From: an uncultured Candidatus Bathyarchaeia archaeon
GTDB lineage: Archaea; Thermoproteota; Bathyarchaeia; 40CM-2-53-6; RBG-13-38-9
Assembly: GCA_964480955.1 (NCBI GenBank)
Contig: CAYZRW010000005.1
Span: 26,279-90,278, forward strand
Length of the DNA stretch: 64,000 nt
Direction of reading: 5' to 3'
Shown here piece by piece: positions 38,544-48,822 of the stretch. How positions within the stretch are numbered: position 1 is the stretch's first letter; every line of letters starts with the position of its first letter. Below the pieces are notes generated by a model. It had not been told where the DNA came from, ran no database searches, and worked only from the letters and a program-made list of their open reading frames with translations. The translations under genes and the position numbers were made by a program.

Positions 38544-39674
38544 TTGGTCAAGCATAGAATAGCTCTGCTTCCTGGAGACGGTGTCGGCAAAGACGTTATG
38601 GACGCAGCCAAGATAGTGCTTGAAGCTACAAAGCTTGATGCAGAGTATCTTGTAGGAGACATTGGATGGGAGTTTTGGAAGAGCGAAGGAGACCCCTTAC
38701 CCCCAAGGACTCTGAGTCTACTTAGAAGAACTGACGTCTGCTTGCTGGGAGCAATCACATCGAAGCCTAAGGAGGAAGCTGAGGCCGAACTCAATCCGAA
38801 ACTGAAGGGTAAAGGCCATCAGTACTACAGCCCAATAGTCAGGTTACGTCAAGAGTTCAATCTACACACAAACATCAGGCCCTGCAAGAGCTACAGGGGC
38901 AACCCGCTAGACTACATGGAAGGAATCGATATAGTAGTATTCAGAGAGAATACTGAGGGCCTGTACAGTGGTGTGGAGTTTCACCCCCTCCCACCGGACC
39001 TGAAGGACTGGCTGGTCAAGAACCATCCGAAGATGAAGAGGTTTGAATCCACACCTTATGACGAGATAGCGGTTTCTTTGAGGATAATGACGAAGAACGC
39101 TTGTGATACAATTCTAACTCAGGCATTCGAATATGCGAAGGAGAAGGGCTGCAAGACTGTGACCGTGGTTGAGAAACCCAACATTCTCAGAGAGACCGGC
39201 GGCCTGATGCTTAGGGAAGCACGGAGAATCGCCAAGAATTATCCTGCAATCCAGCTTCAGGAGAGGAATATTGACGCAATCTGTATGTGGCTCGTAAAGA
39301 ATCCCCTCGATTACTCGGTCCTTGTGGCTGAGAACCTCTTTGGAGATATAATCTCTGACCTCTGCGCACAGCTTGTCGGCGGTCTAGGTTTTGCGCCAAG
39401 TGGGAATGTTGGTGAAGACTACGCAGTATTTGAGCCGGTGCATGGTTCAGCTCCCAAGTATGCGGGGCAGTACAAGGTCAACCCGTTGGCGATGATACTG
39501 TCCGCAAAGATGATGCTTGAATATCTTGGCGAGAAGGACTTGGCTGAGAAGGTTGAATGTGCGGTTGCGAATGTCATTGCGGAAGGAAAGGTCAGGACCT
39601 ACGACATGGGTGGGAACAGTAGCGCCTTGGAGATGGCGCACGCGGTAGCGAACAGAATGGGTGTAGACACGTGA
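38544..39674 (+). CDS. Isocitrate/isopropylmalate-family dehydrogenase (second copy; substrate uncertain)
   Basis: GDGVG, GAITSKP, SPIVRLR, RENTEGLY, NLFGDIISD, EPVHGSAPKYAG. Confidence 0.88.
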   Translation: MVKHRIALLPGDGVGKDVMDAAKIVLEATKLDAEYLVGDIGWEFWKSEGDPLPPRTLSLLRRTDVCLLGAITSKPKEEAEAELNPKLKGKGHQYYSPIVRLRQEFNLHTNIRPCKSYRGNPLDYMEGIDIVVFRENTEGLYSGVEFHPLPPDLKDWLVKNHPKMKRFESTPYDEIAVSLRIMTKNACDTILTQAFEYAKEKGCKTVTVVEKPNILRETGGLMLREARRIAKNYPAIQLQERNIDAICMWLVKNPLDYSVLVAENLFGDIISDLCAQLVGGLGFAPSGNVGEDYAVFEPVHGSAPKYAGQYKVNPLAMILSAKMMLEYLGEKDLAEKVECAVANVIAEGKVRTYDMGGNSSALEMAHAVANRMGVDT

Positions 39675-39763
39675 AATCATGTCGAGACTAGCTGACTGAA
39701 AGAGTCCCTCGCCAGAAGACCGATAAAAGTCGTTGTATATTCCTATGGAGTCGGAGACATGGC

Positions 39764-40171
39764 ATGGCCAAGAAACAGATTGGGCCCAGAGTCTCGAGCC
39801 TTGTTCTGAAGGACTTCCTCAAGGTCTGCAGGTCCGAGGGTCTCAGTCTGGGCGAAGCCGTACAGGTCTTGATGGAGAAGGCTAACAAGCTCGGTAGCAT
39901 CAATGAGCTCAGAATGGCTGTGGAGGCGTATGATAAGAGGCTTCACGAGTCAAACTGTCTAGCTTTGGAGGTGGAGGCTACGAGGCTTGAGAATTGCCTC
40001 AGGAAGGATAGGGAACGTCTCCGGCAGGGACGAGGCCCCTCAGACTACTGGAATCCTAAACAGTCAATAGAGAAGATAATCGTGATGCTCAGTAAGGTCG
40101 ATGATCCGGTGTTGGTGGAGAAGGCGAAGAACTTGGTCAAGGAGGCAGCTGACTTCTACACAAGCAACTAG
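39764..40171 (+). CDS. Hypothetical protein, possible N-terminal ribbon-helix-helix DNA-binding domain
   Basis: 135-aa ORF with GGAG RBS; KQIGPRV / LKDFLKVCRSEG / SLGEAVQVLM resembles the RHH pattern by eye. Confidence 0.5.
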   Translation: MAKKQIGPRVSSLVLKDFLKVCRSEGLSLGEAVQVLMEKANKLGSINELRMAVEAYDKRLHESNCLALEVEATRLENCLRKDRERLRQGRGPSDYWNPKQSIEKIIVMLSKVDDPVLVEKAKNLVKEAADFYTSN

Positions 40172-40420
40172 TCTTTCAGACAGTCTCTTCTCTTATCTTG
40201 CTGACTGTCTCGTGACCCCCTAATCATGATCTAGCCGGGGGATTCTCTGTTTTCTGTCTTGAGAGGTATATCCACCGCCCATACGCCGGTGGGGGGTTGG
40301 TTTGGTAACGGTTTTGGTAATTGCAGTCCAGTGTGCGCTAGAATCTCCAGAAACAGCCTCAACCTTGCTTTGTATGCTCTCAGGATCTGTACATATCATG
40401 AGGATAATGCGACATCAGTG

Positions 40421-40792
40421 TCATTCTCTGTATATGTAGCAAGTTATGCCCGCGATCAAGATGAGGACGGCTCCCGCTCCCACCATTTGGGACCCTGTCG
40501 CCCAAGCTGTGCTCAGAAGAACCGCACCTATCACTACCCCTCTTACTCCTGCACTAGCAAGCTTCCTCTTGGCGATCATGTTGAAACAGTCGAATCCCAG
40601 TATTGCAGCCACAATCTCGATTATGACGGCTACCAAAGAGACATATGGAAGTGGCTCGCGAAGCCTGAAAGCCGGATAGACCGTTGTTATCGGCAGGCTC
40701 AGAATGGAGATTATGAGAACTATTACCGAGCCCAGCAGGAAGAATGCGGATGCTAGGTCCAGAAGGGTCTTTCTGCTGAATGATTCAGGCAT
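40421..40792 (-). CDS. Hypothetical four-helix membrane protein
   Basis: Four hydrophobic stretches; ATG at 40792. Confidence 0.65.
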   Translation of the reverse strand: MPESFSRKTLLDLASAFFLLGSVIVLIISILSLPITTVYPAFRLREPLPYVSLVAVIIEIVAAILGFDCFNMIAKRKLASAGVRGVVIGAVLLSTAWATGSQMVGAGAVLILIAGITCYIYRE

Positions 40793-41019
40793 ATCTCGCG
40801 CCCCGCACATAATATCAAACTACTGTATTTAGAGATTTCGAGTTGTAGCGGGTCCTGAAGAGAGACCCGACGTGAATCAGAGTTGTGTGTTGACGATTGG
40901 CTTAGGGCTGGTCAGCTTCCAAGCGGAGTGTGGCGCCAATGACACCAACATCGCTGACGGCTGGCTGCAGGCTTACTTATATCCTCGGAGGGCCAGTTGT
41001 GGCTCTCAGGTGCGAAGGC

Positions 41020-41562
41020 ATGGACGTTTCAGGCTTCATCAATATGCTTCAAGCGACTCTAGGTCCAGTCGTGATGATTTCAAGCTCAGCCCTAATCTGC
41101 CTGATAATTCAGACCAGATACGGGAGGATTGTTGATAGGATCCGACAGTTGATAGGGGAGCAACGCCGCCTTCAGGAGGCGGAAAGATCGAAAGAATCAC
41201 CGTCAGGCGCAACCTCTGACTTGCGATTGAAGAGGCTCAGAAACGTTGACTCTCAGATCGAGCTTCTGTTGAGGAGGGGATCCAAACTTAAACGGGCCCT
41301 CTTCTTAACCTTCTCAGCGGTCTTCTCTTTCATCTTCACTTCCTTCCTGATACTCGTAGGCTACATGGTCGGGCCTGCGTCGACATCGATGATAATTGGA
41401 TTTGTGGGATTAGCATTCTTCCTTGGGATGTTCTTCCTTCTGCTTGGCGCAGTCATCACTGTCAATGAGATCGCGAATTCGTACGATGCGATCTCAAAGG
41501 AGGTCAGATTCGCAAGGTTCGAAGCATCATCCGTGGATCAGATGTCCGAGGATAGGTCCTGA
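41020..41562 (+). CDS. DUF2721-like membrane protein
   Basis: LGPVVMISSSAL...RYGRIVDRIR...QIELLLRR followed by two TM helices; ATG at 41020. Confidence 0.7.
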   Translation: MDVSGFINMLQATLGPVVMISSSALICLIIQTRYGRIVDRIRQLIGEQRRLQEAERSKESPSGATSDLRLKRLRNVDSQIELLLRRGSKLKRALFLTFSAVFSFIFTSFLILVGYMVGPASTSMIIGFVGLAFFLGMFFLLLGAVITVNEIANSYDAISKEVRFARFEASSVDQMSEDRS

Positions 41563-41664
41563 AGCAAGCTTCGACTAAGTTTCGCCTTCATGGAAGACCA
41601 ATCGATTTGACAACAGCCAAGTAACTGCCCGATACTGGGAATCACAGGCATAGCGCTACAGGAA

Positions 41665-42381
41665 CTATCGTTTAGAGATTTTCTCCCTATGCCTTCTATC
41701 AAGTTCTCTGAATACTTCTCCAAGTTTTGCTTTCTTGGATGCAAGGAGGATCATAAGATGAAAGATCAGGTCTGTCGTTTCGGATACGAGGCTGTCTGGC
41801 TTATCCTTGGCTGCCAGTATGACCTCTGTAGACTCTTCACTGATCTTCCCTAGAATTGCGCTCTCCCCTTCATCTACCAGGTTCCTGACGTAGGATCTCT
41901 TGTCTCCAGTCTTTATACGATCAAGTATTATCTCATAGACCTTGTTGAGTATTGACGCATCCGGGTAGGTTTCCTCCTCCGGGACGATAGGGTTGTGAAA
42001 GCAGCTTTCCTTGTCTGTGTGGCAGCAGGGGCCTATCTGTTGGACTTTGACCAAGACTGCATCGTTATCGCAGTCCAAGCTCACGTTCTGAACGATAGAG
42101 AAGTGTCCTGACTCCTCACCCTTCATCCAGAGCCTCTTTCTGGTGCGGCTCCAGAAGTGGGTCTTGCCTGTGACAAGGGTTAGGATGAGCGCCTCCCTAT
42201 TCATATATGCCTGCATCAGAACCTTGTTGCTTGACGCGTCCTGCACTATCGCTGGGATCAAACCGTCTTCTTTCTCGAAGTTCACCGTGTTAGCCAGCTG
42301 CTCCGCCTCATCCCTGCTCATCTGCAAGACCACTAACCCCTCGTCCTCCCCATTGGTCTTAGAGTCTGACTGGTACTCCAC
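41665..42381 (-). CDS. hisIE: Bifunctional PR-AMP cyclohydrolase / PR-ATP pyrophosphatase (true start probably slightly downstream)
   Basis: [44 protein letters not shown]. Confidence 0.95.
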   Translation of the reverse strand: MEYQSDSKTNGEDEGLVVLQMSRDEAEQLANTVNFEKEDGLIPAIVQDASSNKVLMQAYMNREALILTLVTGKTHFWSRTRKRLWMKGEESGHFSIVQNVSLDCDNDAVLVKVQQIGPCCHTDKESCFHNPIVPEEETYPDASILNKVYEIILDRIKTGDKRSYVRNLVDEGESAILGKISEESTEVILAAKDKPDSLVSETTDLIFHLMILLASKKAKLGEVFRELDRRHREKISKR

Positions 42382-43159
42382 GCTCTGAAAGGTACTCCTT
42401 AACCTTCAAGACAGGGAATATGTCTCTGTGGAAGATAGATGCTGCCAGTGCAGCGTCGGCGGCTCCCTCAACCAAGACCTGTCTAATATGCTCTGGTTCA
42501 CCGGCGCCCCCGCTTGCTATGATGGGTATGTTTACAGTCTCAGAGACTTTCCGTGTGAGAGGTATGTCGTAACCAGACTGTGTCCCATCATAGTCCATGC
42601 TTGTGAGAAGGATTTCGCCAGCCCCTAACTGCTCTACGCGTTCCGCCCATTCAACTGCATCCATGCCGGCGGCCGTTCTTCCCCCCTCTACGTAGACTTC
42701 CCACCAGCAAGCGCCTTCGGGAGTTTCCACGACTGTCTTACCCTCAGTTTTTTCATAGACCCTCTTTGCGTCTATCGCCACGACGATGCACTGCGAACCG
42801 AAGGCCTGAGCTGATTCTTCAATTAGGGTCGGATCCTTGACGGCGCCTGTATTTATGGAGACCTTGTCAGCCCCTGAACCAAGGATCTCCCTGATACTGT
42901 CTAGTGAACGTATCCCGCCCCCCACTGTGAAGGGTATGAACAATGTCTCAGCGGTCCTCGTAACGACGTTTAGCAGTATCTTTCTTCTCTCGAAGGACGC
43001 TGTAATATCTAGGAAGACAACTTCATCGGCCCCTTCCATTCCGTAAGTCTCAGCCAGTCTGGCTGGGTCGCCTTCCTCTCTCAGGTTCTTGAATCGGACC
43101 CCTTTGACTACCTTACCTTCTTTGACATCGAGGCAAGGAATTATTCTCTTAACAAGCAT
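42359..43159 (-). CDS. hisF: Imidazole glycerol phosphate synthase cyclase subunit
   Basis: [43 protein letters not shown]. Confidence 0.97.
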   Translation of the reverse strand: MLVKRIIPCLDVKEGKVVKGVRFKNLREEGDPARLAETYGMEGADEVVFLDITASFERRKILLNVVTRTAETLFIPFTVGGGIRSLDSIREILGSGADKVSINTGAVKDPTLIEESAQAFGSQCIVVAIDAKRVYEKTEGKTVVETPEGACWWEVYVEGGRTAAGMDAVEWAERVEQLGAGEILLTSMDYDGTQSGYDIPLTRKVSETVNIPIIASGGAGEPEHIRQVLVEGAADAALAASIFHRDIFPVLKVKEYLSERGVPVRL

Positions 43160-43871
43160 TTCTAGCAGCCTCCAGAGCCTCTTTCAGACTGAACCTGTTC
43201 TCGTATAGGGCTGTGCCGACGATGACTCCCTGGACGCCTATCTTGGCTAGGGCCCGTATGTCCTCTAGGCTCCTTATTCCGCCTGACGCTATGACTGGGA
43301 TGCTTAACGAGCGGACAAGCCTCTTTGTGTCGCTGAGCGCTGGGCCGCTCAGGGTCCCGTCAGCGTTTACGGATGTGAATACTATTGTTCCGACGCCTAC
43401 AGCTTCCAGTCTCTTTGCGACCTCAACATACTCTAGGGATGTTTTGCTCCTCCAACCCTCTATCGTTGGGCTGCCGTTCTTGACGTCTATTGCTGCGGCG
43501 ACTCTGTCTTTACCGCAGGCTGTTACAACTTCAGAGATGAGTTCGGGTTTTCTGACGCACGCGGTTCCAAAGATCACCCTTGCCACTCCAAGACTCAGAA
43601 TCTCCTTGGCTTTCTCCAGTGTTCTTATTCCGCCTCCGACCTGAGTCCCTATGCAGACTGACCTCATGATCCTGCTTATGGTCTTGGTGTTGTCTCCAAG
43701 ACCCAATGCAGCATCCAGGTCAATTATGTGGAGAATCTCAGCGCCCTGAGATTGAAAGAATCTCGCGGCGTCTTCCGGGTTTTCGTAGTACTGTTTTGAT
43801 TTGGAAGGGTCTCCCTGAAAGAGGCGGACGCACCTTCCACGCATCAGGTCAATAGCCGGTATTACTATCAT
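43149..43871 (-). CDS. hisA: ProFAR isomerase
   Basis: IPAIDL..GRCVRL, IDLDAA, QVGGGIR, DGTLSGP, IASGGI. Confidence 0.96.
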   Translation of the reverse strand: MIVIPAIDLMRGRCVRLFQGDPSKSKQYYENPEDAARFFQSQGAEILHIIDLDAALGLGDNTKTISRIMRSVCIGTQVGGGIRTLEKAKEILSLGVARVIFGTACVRKPELISEVVTACGKDRVAAAIDVKNGSPTIEGWRSKTSLEYVEVAKRLEAVGVGTIVFTSVNADGTLSGPALSDTKRLVRSLSIPVIASGGIRSLEDIRALAKIGVQGVIVGTALYENRFSLKEALEAARNAC

Positions 43872-43879
43872 ACGCTACT

Positions 43880-44488
43880 CTACTTCTCTGCTATCTTGAC
43901 GAAATTCCGCAGTATTGTCAAACCTCTCTCTCCACTCTTTTCAGGGTGGAATTGGGTTGCGAATATGTCTCCCCGCTCAAGAATTGATGGAAACTTCACA
44001 CCATATTCTGTTCTGGCAACTATATCATCTAGGCTCTCTGGTTTTGCATAGTATGAGTGGACGAAGTACATGTAGGAATTGTCTGGGACTCCCTCAATAA
44101 TGGGGCTGGCTCTTGAGAATTCAACGTTGTTCCATCCGATTTGGGGGAGTTTTACATTCCTCGGCAGCTTCACAACCTCTCCCTTCAGAAGGTTGAGTCC
44201 CTCCGTGACGCTTCCCTCATAACTCCTAGTGAACATGAGTTGGAGTCCCAAGCATATTCCAAGTAATGGTTTCCCATTCTCTGCTTCTTGAACTATTGAC
44301 TCTGCAAGGTGAGTGAGGTTCCTCTTTGCTACTGCGAAGGCGCCGACCCCTGGGAGAACTATGGCGTCAGAATCCCTCAAGTTGACTAGTCCACTCGTTA
44401 TCCGTACCGTTGCACCTGCTTTCTCAAGTCCCTTCTTTACACTGTGCAGATTTCCAACACCGTAATTCATGATGGTTATCGCGGGCAC
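43880..44488 (-). CDS. hisH: Imidazole glycerol phosphate synthase glutaminase subunit
   Basis: GNLHSV, LPGVGAF, GICLGLQ, YFVHSY, QFHPEKSG. Confidence 0.97.
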   Translation of the reverse strand: MPAITIMNYGVGNLHSVKKGLEKAGATVRITSGLVNLRDSDAIVLPGVGAFAVAKRNLTHLAESIVQEAENGKPLLGICLGLQLMFTRSYEGSVTEGLNLLKGEVVKLPRNVKLPQIGWNNVEFSRASPIIEGVPDNSYMYFVHSYYAKPESLDDIVARTEYGVKFPSILERGDIFATQFHPEKSGERGLTILRNFVKIAEK

Positions 44489-44489
44489 T

Positions 44490-45068
44490 CTATAATTCGC
44501 CTTTTGTGCTGGGAATAATATTGGAGATCCGGGGTTCTGGTGAACATGCTTCCCTCAAAGCCAACGCTAGGGCCTTTGTTGCAGCCTCTATCTTGTGGTG
44601 ACTGTTGGTTCCATACAAGGTTGCTATGTGAATGTTTAATTTTGATGATTGTGCCAGGGACATGAAGAAGTGTTCTATGTCTTCTGTCTTCAGGTCCTCA
44701 ACTTCTGTTGAATCGATCTTCAGATCCATGTTTATGTACGGTCTTCCCCCTAGGTCCACTACTGCTCTGGCTAGAGAATCGTCCATTGGGACGTGGGCTG
44801 CGCCGAATCTCTTTATTCCTCTCTTGTCCCCCAAAGCTTTGCCGATAGCCTCTCCGAGTGTCAACGCTACGTCTTCTGCGAGGTGATGTTTGAGGTCTCC
44901 TGATGCCTTTACCTCTATGTCCATGAGGGAGTGTTTGGCGAGAGTTGTCAGTAGATGATTGAGAAACCTGTTTCCAGTATCTACCTCTGCTCTTCCTTTG
45001 CCGTCTAGATCAAGCTTTACAGAAATCTTGACTTCAGCCGTCTCTCTTTCAGTTACTACTTCTCTCAA
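44490..45068 (-). CDS. hisB: Imidazoleglycerol-phosphate dehydratase
   Basis: FLNHLL, HHLAED, PMDDSL, NSHHKIEA, PSTKG. Confidence 0.96.
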   Translation of the reverse strand: MREVVTERETAEVKISVKLDLDGKGRAEVDTGNRFLNHLLTTLAKHSLMDIEVKASGDLKHHLAEDVALTLGEAIGKALGDKRGIKRFGAAHVPMDDSLARAVVDLGGRPYINMDLKIDSTEVEDLKTEDIEHFFMSLAQSSKLNIHIATLYGTNSHHKIEAATKALALALREACSPEPRISNIIPSTKGEL

Positions 45069-45073
45069 CTTTC

Positions 45074-46267
45074 TTACGTTCCGACTATATCAAAGACTGT
45101 AGGTAATGAATTTGTATCCTTAACTATTACTTCAGCTCCCAGCTCCATAAATTTGCTCTTCAAGCCCTCCTCTTCAGCCGATGAAGATAACGTGCCGATG
45201 AAGATCAGGCTTCGAGCCTCGAGTTTCCTAGCGTTCTTCACCATCAAGGCGTCTGCAACTGTATCTCCTATGTAGGCGAGGCTCATCTGTTCTCCACAGA
45301 CTTTCTTGAATAGATGTACAAAAGCTCTTGCGTCCGGCTTCCCCCAGCCTGAACCAGAACGCTCCGTAAAGTGGGTTCCCTTAATGTCTTCGTTGAAGAA
45401 CGTTGCTTTCCTGTCGAAGTAGCTGAGAAGGTTGTGTCTTTGCAGGATGTAGAACCCTTCCTTTCTAGGCCTCTCAGAATACAGTGCAAAAGGGCCAAAA
45501 CTTGCCTTCAGTCTATCCAGCGTCTGCATGGTCGGAATCTTCTCCTCCCTATCTATCAGCCCTTCTGCAAAACGAAAGAAGGATTTCTTCCCGCTGAACC
45601 TTTCATATAGGGTGCTTCCCAAGTAGATTTCGTCGAAGAGCCTTCTCAGTAGATCGTCTCCCTCAGTATCGAACGGACAGAACGTCTCCATAGCCTCAAG
45701 CTCTGCCCTCCCGAGTTTTAAGGTTCGACCGACAGGCTTCAGAATTGGGATGTTTGCCTTCTCACTGAATTCCTCAACTAGGCTGTTGAAGCCGACTAGC
45801 CGATCTGTCTTCATTCTCTCTAGGTATGCCGTGTCGATCCCCAGTTGGCCAGCTCTTGCTCCCAAGTCTTTCAGCCTTTCCAGAATGTCCTTGAGAGGTT
45901 CTCCTTTGAGTTCAGCAATTCTTCCGAGCTGGACCTCGCCCTGTAGTCTTCGTATCATCAAGCCCAGATAGTAGGTTATCAACGCGTATGTGAGATTCCA
46001 ATCGTTGTTGAACGCTCCTGTATCTTTGATCTTCTGGATGTCTTCCTGAGTCACCAGACATCGCTCTTCTCCCTTGAGTCCGACAATTCTCAGGAAATAG
46101 TAGTCGACTGAGCGAGCTATGGCCTGCCTGTAGGAGTCCCTGTCTGAAACTATCACTCCATCACAGTCGAAGATTAGCTTCTTAACCGTCGAGATTAGTG
46201 AATCCGCATCGGCCCTGCATAGGATCTCTTCGCCCCCTAAGTTGCGGTATGAGTATCTGCTTGTCAA
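45074..46267 (-). CDS. HAD-superfamily hydrolase, candidate histidinol-phosphate phosphatase
   Basis: FDCDGV, FNNDW, KPD, YIGDTVAD motifs; between hisC and hisB. Confidence 0.75.
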   Translation of the reverse strand: MTSRYSYRNLGGEEILCRADADSLISTVKKLIFDCDGVIVSDRDSYRQAIARSVDYYFLRIVGLKGEERCLVTQEDIQKIKDTGAFNNDWNLTYALITYYLGLMIRRLQGEVQLGRIAELKGEPLKDILERLKDLGARAGQLGIDTAYLERMKTDRLVGFNSLVEEFSEKANIPILKPVGRTLKLGRAELEAMETFCPFDTEGDDLLRRLFDEIYLGSTLYERFSGKKSFFRFAEGLIDREEKIPTMQTLDRLKASFGPFALYSERPRKEGFYILQRHNLLSYFDRKATFFNEDIKGTHFTERSGSGWGKPDARAFVHLFKKVCGEQMSLAYIGDTVADALMVKNARKLEARSLIFIGTLSSSAEEEGLKSKFMELGAEVIVKDTNSLPTVFDIVGT

Positions 46268-47346
46268 TCTAGGATGCGCCCTAACTCCTCTAGAAACCTC
46301 TTGTTTGAAGGCCTCGTCCCTACAGTCACCCTTAGACAGTTCTGTAGCAGTGGGACTTTTCCTCTATCTTTGATGAGGATTCCTTTTCCCCTTAGCTCGG
46401 ACTGAATTCTGGACGACGATTTTTCGTGGTCGACTTTGAAAAGAATGAAGTTTGCATCTGATGGATAGGGTGTGACTCCCCTAATCTGTCTAAGCTGACT
46501 TAGCAACCATTCTCTCTCTTTCTTAACATCTTCGAAGATCTTCTTGAAGTAGTCATATCGCTGGAGGACCTCTACTACTGCCTGTTGGGCAAGAGAACTC
46601 ACGTTGAAGGGATGGACAGTCTTCTTCATCGCTTCGACCAGCTCTTGGTCAGCTATGAGGTATCCAGTCCTTATCCCGGCAAGACCGAATGCTTTGGAAA
46701 AAGATCTGAGGACAACAAGATTCCTATACTTGCTCGTCCACTCTAGGATTGAGTACTTTCCAAACTCCACATATGTCTCATCAATAGCCACGACTGAGTG
46801 ACACCTGTCCAGCAGATCTTCCAAGTCACTCTTCTCGAATTGGTTTCCTGTAGGGTTGTTGGGTGAACATATGAAAACGAGTTGGGAGTCACGTGAAGCA
46901 TCTATCAACGAATCTGTGTCTAGGCTGAAGTCTGGTTTTAACATGACTTCGACTTTCTGTCCTTGACACAACTGTGTGTAGTACGTATACATGAAGAATG
47001 TTGGTTCGGCCACGACAACTTTCGATCCTTTGTCCACAAGGACCCTAACCAGCCTATCCAGAACATCGTCGATACCATTTCCCAGAAAGAGTCGTGAGGG
47101 TTCCATATCGTGAAACCTCGCAATCGCCTGAACTGCGGGTCCTCCGTGAGGTCTTGGGTACTCCCTAGGGTCAATCTTCCTCAGTGCGGCTTCCAATATC
47201 TTGGTCAGCTCAACCTTCTCAACTAGGGGGTTCTCGTTCAGGCTCATTCTGACAAGATTCGTCAAGTTATCCGTTGGGAAATCATCGTCGAGTCTGTAGG
47301 GAGATATCTCCAGAAACTCCTTGCGTATGACCTTTCTGAACGCCAT
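46264..47346 (-). CDS. hisC: Histidinol-phosphate aminotransferase
   Basis: NENP, CSPNNPTG, DETY, RSFSKAFGLAGIRTG, LRVTVG. Confidence 0.95.
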   Translation of the reverse strand: MAFRKVIRKEFLEISPYRLDDDFPTDNLTNLVRMSLNENPLVEKVELTKILEAALRKIDPREYPRPHGGPAVQAIARFHDMEPSRLFLGNGIDDVLDRLVRVLVDKGSKVVVAEPTFFMYTYYTQLCQGQKVEVMLKPDFSLDTDSLIDASRDSQLVFICSPNNPTGNQFEKSDLEDLLDRCHSVVAIDETYVEFGKYSILEWTSKYRNLVVLRSFSKAFGLAGIRTGYLIADQELVEAMKKTVHPFNVSSLAQQAVVEVLQRYDYFKKIFEDVKKEREWLLSQLRQIRGVTPYPSDANFILFKVDHEKSSSRIQSELRGKGILIKDRGKVPLLQNCLRVTVGTRPSNKRFLEELGRILD

Positions 47347-47347
47347 T

Positions 47348-48637
47348 CTAGACACCTCTGACAGTTATCGATCTTGAGTGTGCCGGTAGATTCTCAATCT
47401 CGGCGAGAGTCACCGTTGTTTTGGCCAGTCTCTTTAACCCTTTTCTTGAGCAGCGAACGTAACTGATGGTCTTTAGGAAATCCCTGACTGAGAGCCCTGA
47501 GTAGGTTCTGGCGTATCCACCTGTCGGCAAGACGTGGTTCGTTCCGGCGGAGTAATCACCGAGGGCGACTGGGGAATATTGCCCGATGAATATGAGGCCT
47601 GCATTCCTTATCTCTCTGAGTAGTGACTGAGGGTTCTTTGTCATTATCATTAAGTGTTCTGGTGCGATCTGGTTTGTTAACATCACGGCTTCCTTTAGGT
47701 CCCCAACTACTACTATTAAGCCTCTATTTTCCAAGGCGGCTTTGGCAGTCTCAGGTCTTGGCATAGTCTTGAGCATCTCTGCTATTGCTTCTCTGACCTC
47801 ATTCGCTATACTCTCTGAATCAGTTAGCAGAATACAGCTTGCATTTTCATCATGTTCAGCTTGTGCCAGCAGATCTGCTGCGATGAATTCAGCTTCAGCA
47901 TTCACGTCGGCTATGACGAGTATCTCGCTCGGTCCAGCTGGAAGATCGACTGAAACGTATCTGCTCAGAAGCTGCTTGGCTGAAGCCACGTATATGTTTC
48001 CCGGCCCAACAATTTTTTCAACACGTCCTATCGTCTTGGTGCCGTAGGCCATCGCCGCAATGGCTTGTGCGCCGCCGACACAGAAGATTTCATCCACACC
48101 TGCGATGTCTGACGCTACTAGAACGTATGGGTTAAACCTACCTTTTGGAGATGGGGGGCTGCATACTAGGATTCGGTCAACCCCAGCGACCTTGGCGGGT
48201 ATGGCGCACATCAGAACTGAGGAGGGATAGGAGGTTCTTCCTCCAGGGGCATAGATACCGACCGTGCTGATGGGTCTAGTGACTACCCCTAACGCTACGC
48301 CTCCACCAGCCTGCTCAAACCGAATTCGTTTGAGTTGCATTCTGTGAAATCTCTTGATATTTGACGCCGCTGTCCTAAGCGCCTTAACCTCGGCTGGCCG
48401 GACGAAATCGTAAGCTGCCTCAATATCATCTTGTGTTGCCTTCATGGTTCTGGGGTCCAACTTTATCCTGTCGAACTTTTGAGTCAATTCAATCAAAGCT
48501 TCGTCGCCGCGTATCCTAACCGCTTCTATCACTCCTTTGACATCATTCTCAACGTTTTCAAGCTCCAGTCGACCCCTATTCAGAATCTCCTCTAGGAGTT
48601 CGCCTTTCAAACCGTCAGATCTAGTCAGACGTATCAA
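47348..48637 (-). CDS. hisD: Histidinol dehydrogenase
   Basis: YPSSVLM, GGAQAIAAMAYGT, GPGNIYV, PAGPSE, QAEHD, APEHL, NHVLPT. Confidence 0.97.
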   Translation of the reverse strand: MIRLTRSDGLKGELLEEILNRGRLELENVENDVKGVIEAVRIRGDEALIELTQKFDRIKLDPRTMKATQDDIEAAYDFVRPAEVKALRTAASNIKRFHRMQLKRIRFEQAGGGVALGVVTRPISTVGIYAPGGRTSYPSSVLMCAIPAKVAGVDRILVCSPPSPKGRFNPYVLVASDIAGVDEIFCVGGAQAIAAMAYGTKTIGRVEKIVGPGNIYVASAKQLLSRYVSVDLPAGPSEILVIADVNAEAEFIAADLLAQAEHDENASCILLTDSESIANEVREAIAEMLKTMPRPETAKAALENRGLIVVVGDLKEAVMLTNQIAPEHLMIMTKNPQSLLREIRNAGLIFIGQYSPVALGDYSAGTNHVLPTGGYARTYSGLSVRDFLKTISYVRCSRKGLKRLAKTTVTLAEIENLPAHSRSITVRGV

Positions 48638-48769
48638 AGTAGCCGCCTCATATACTGGAAGTCATGGAGACACAAGGTCGATCTAATAAGTTGGCCCTCG
48701 GTTGACTTAAAGTTCATTGGGAGGACCGCACAAATAGAGGCTAAACGTGAATTGAGGAGGAAACAGTAG

Positions 48770-48800
48770 CCTTGGCGGGATTCTAAATCCCAGCCAAAGG
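48770..48800. repeat. Inverted repeat upstream of pheA
   Basis: CCTTGGC-GGGATT-CTA-AATCCC-A-GCCAAAGG. Confidence 0.6.
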
Positions 48801-48822
48801 AGACATACCAGGATGATCAGAG

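Noticed and set aside
48638..48822. His- or Phe-rich leader peptides before hisD and pheA
   Set aside because: The short ORFs found (for example MTSSI, MIRDVS) contain no cognate codons.
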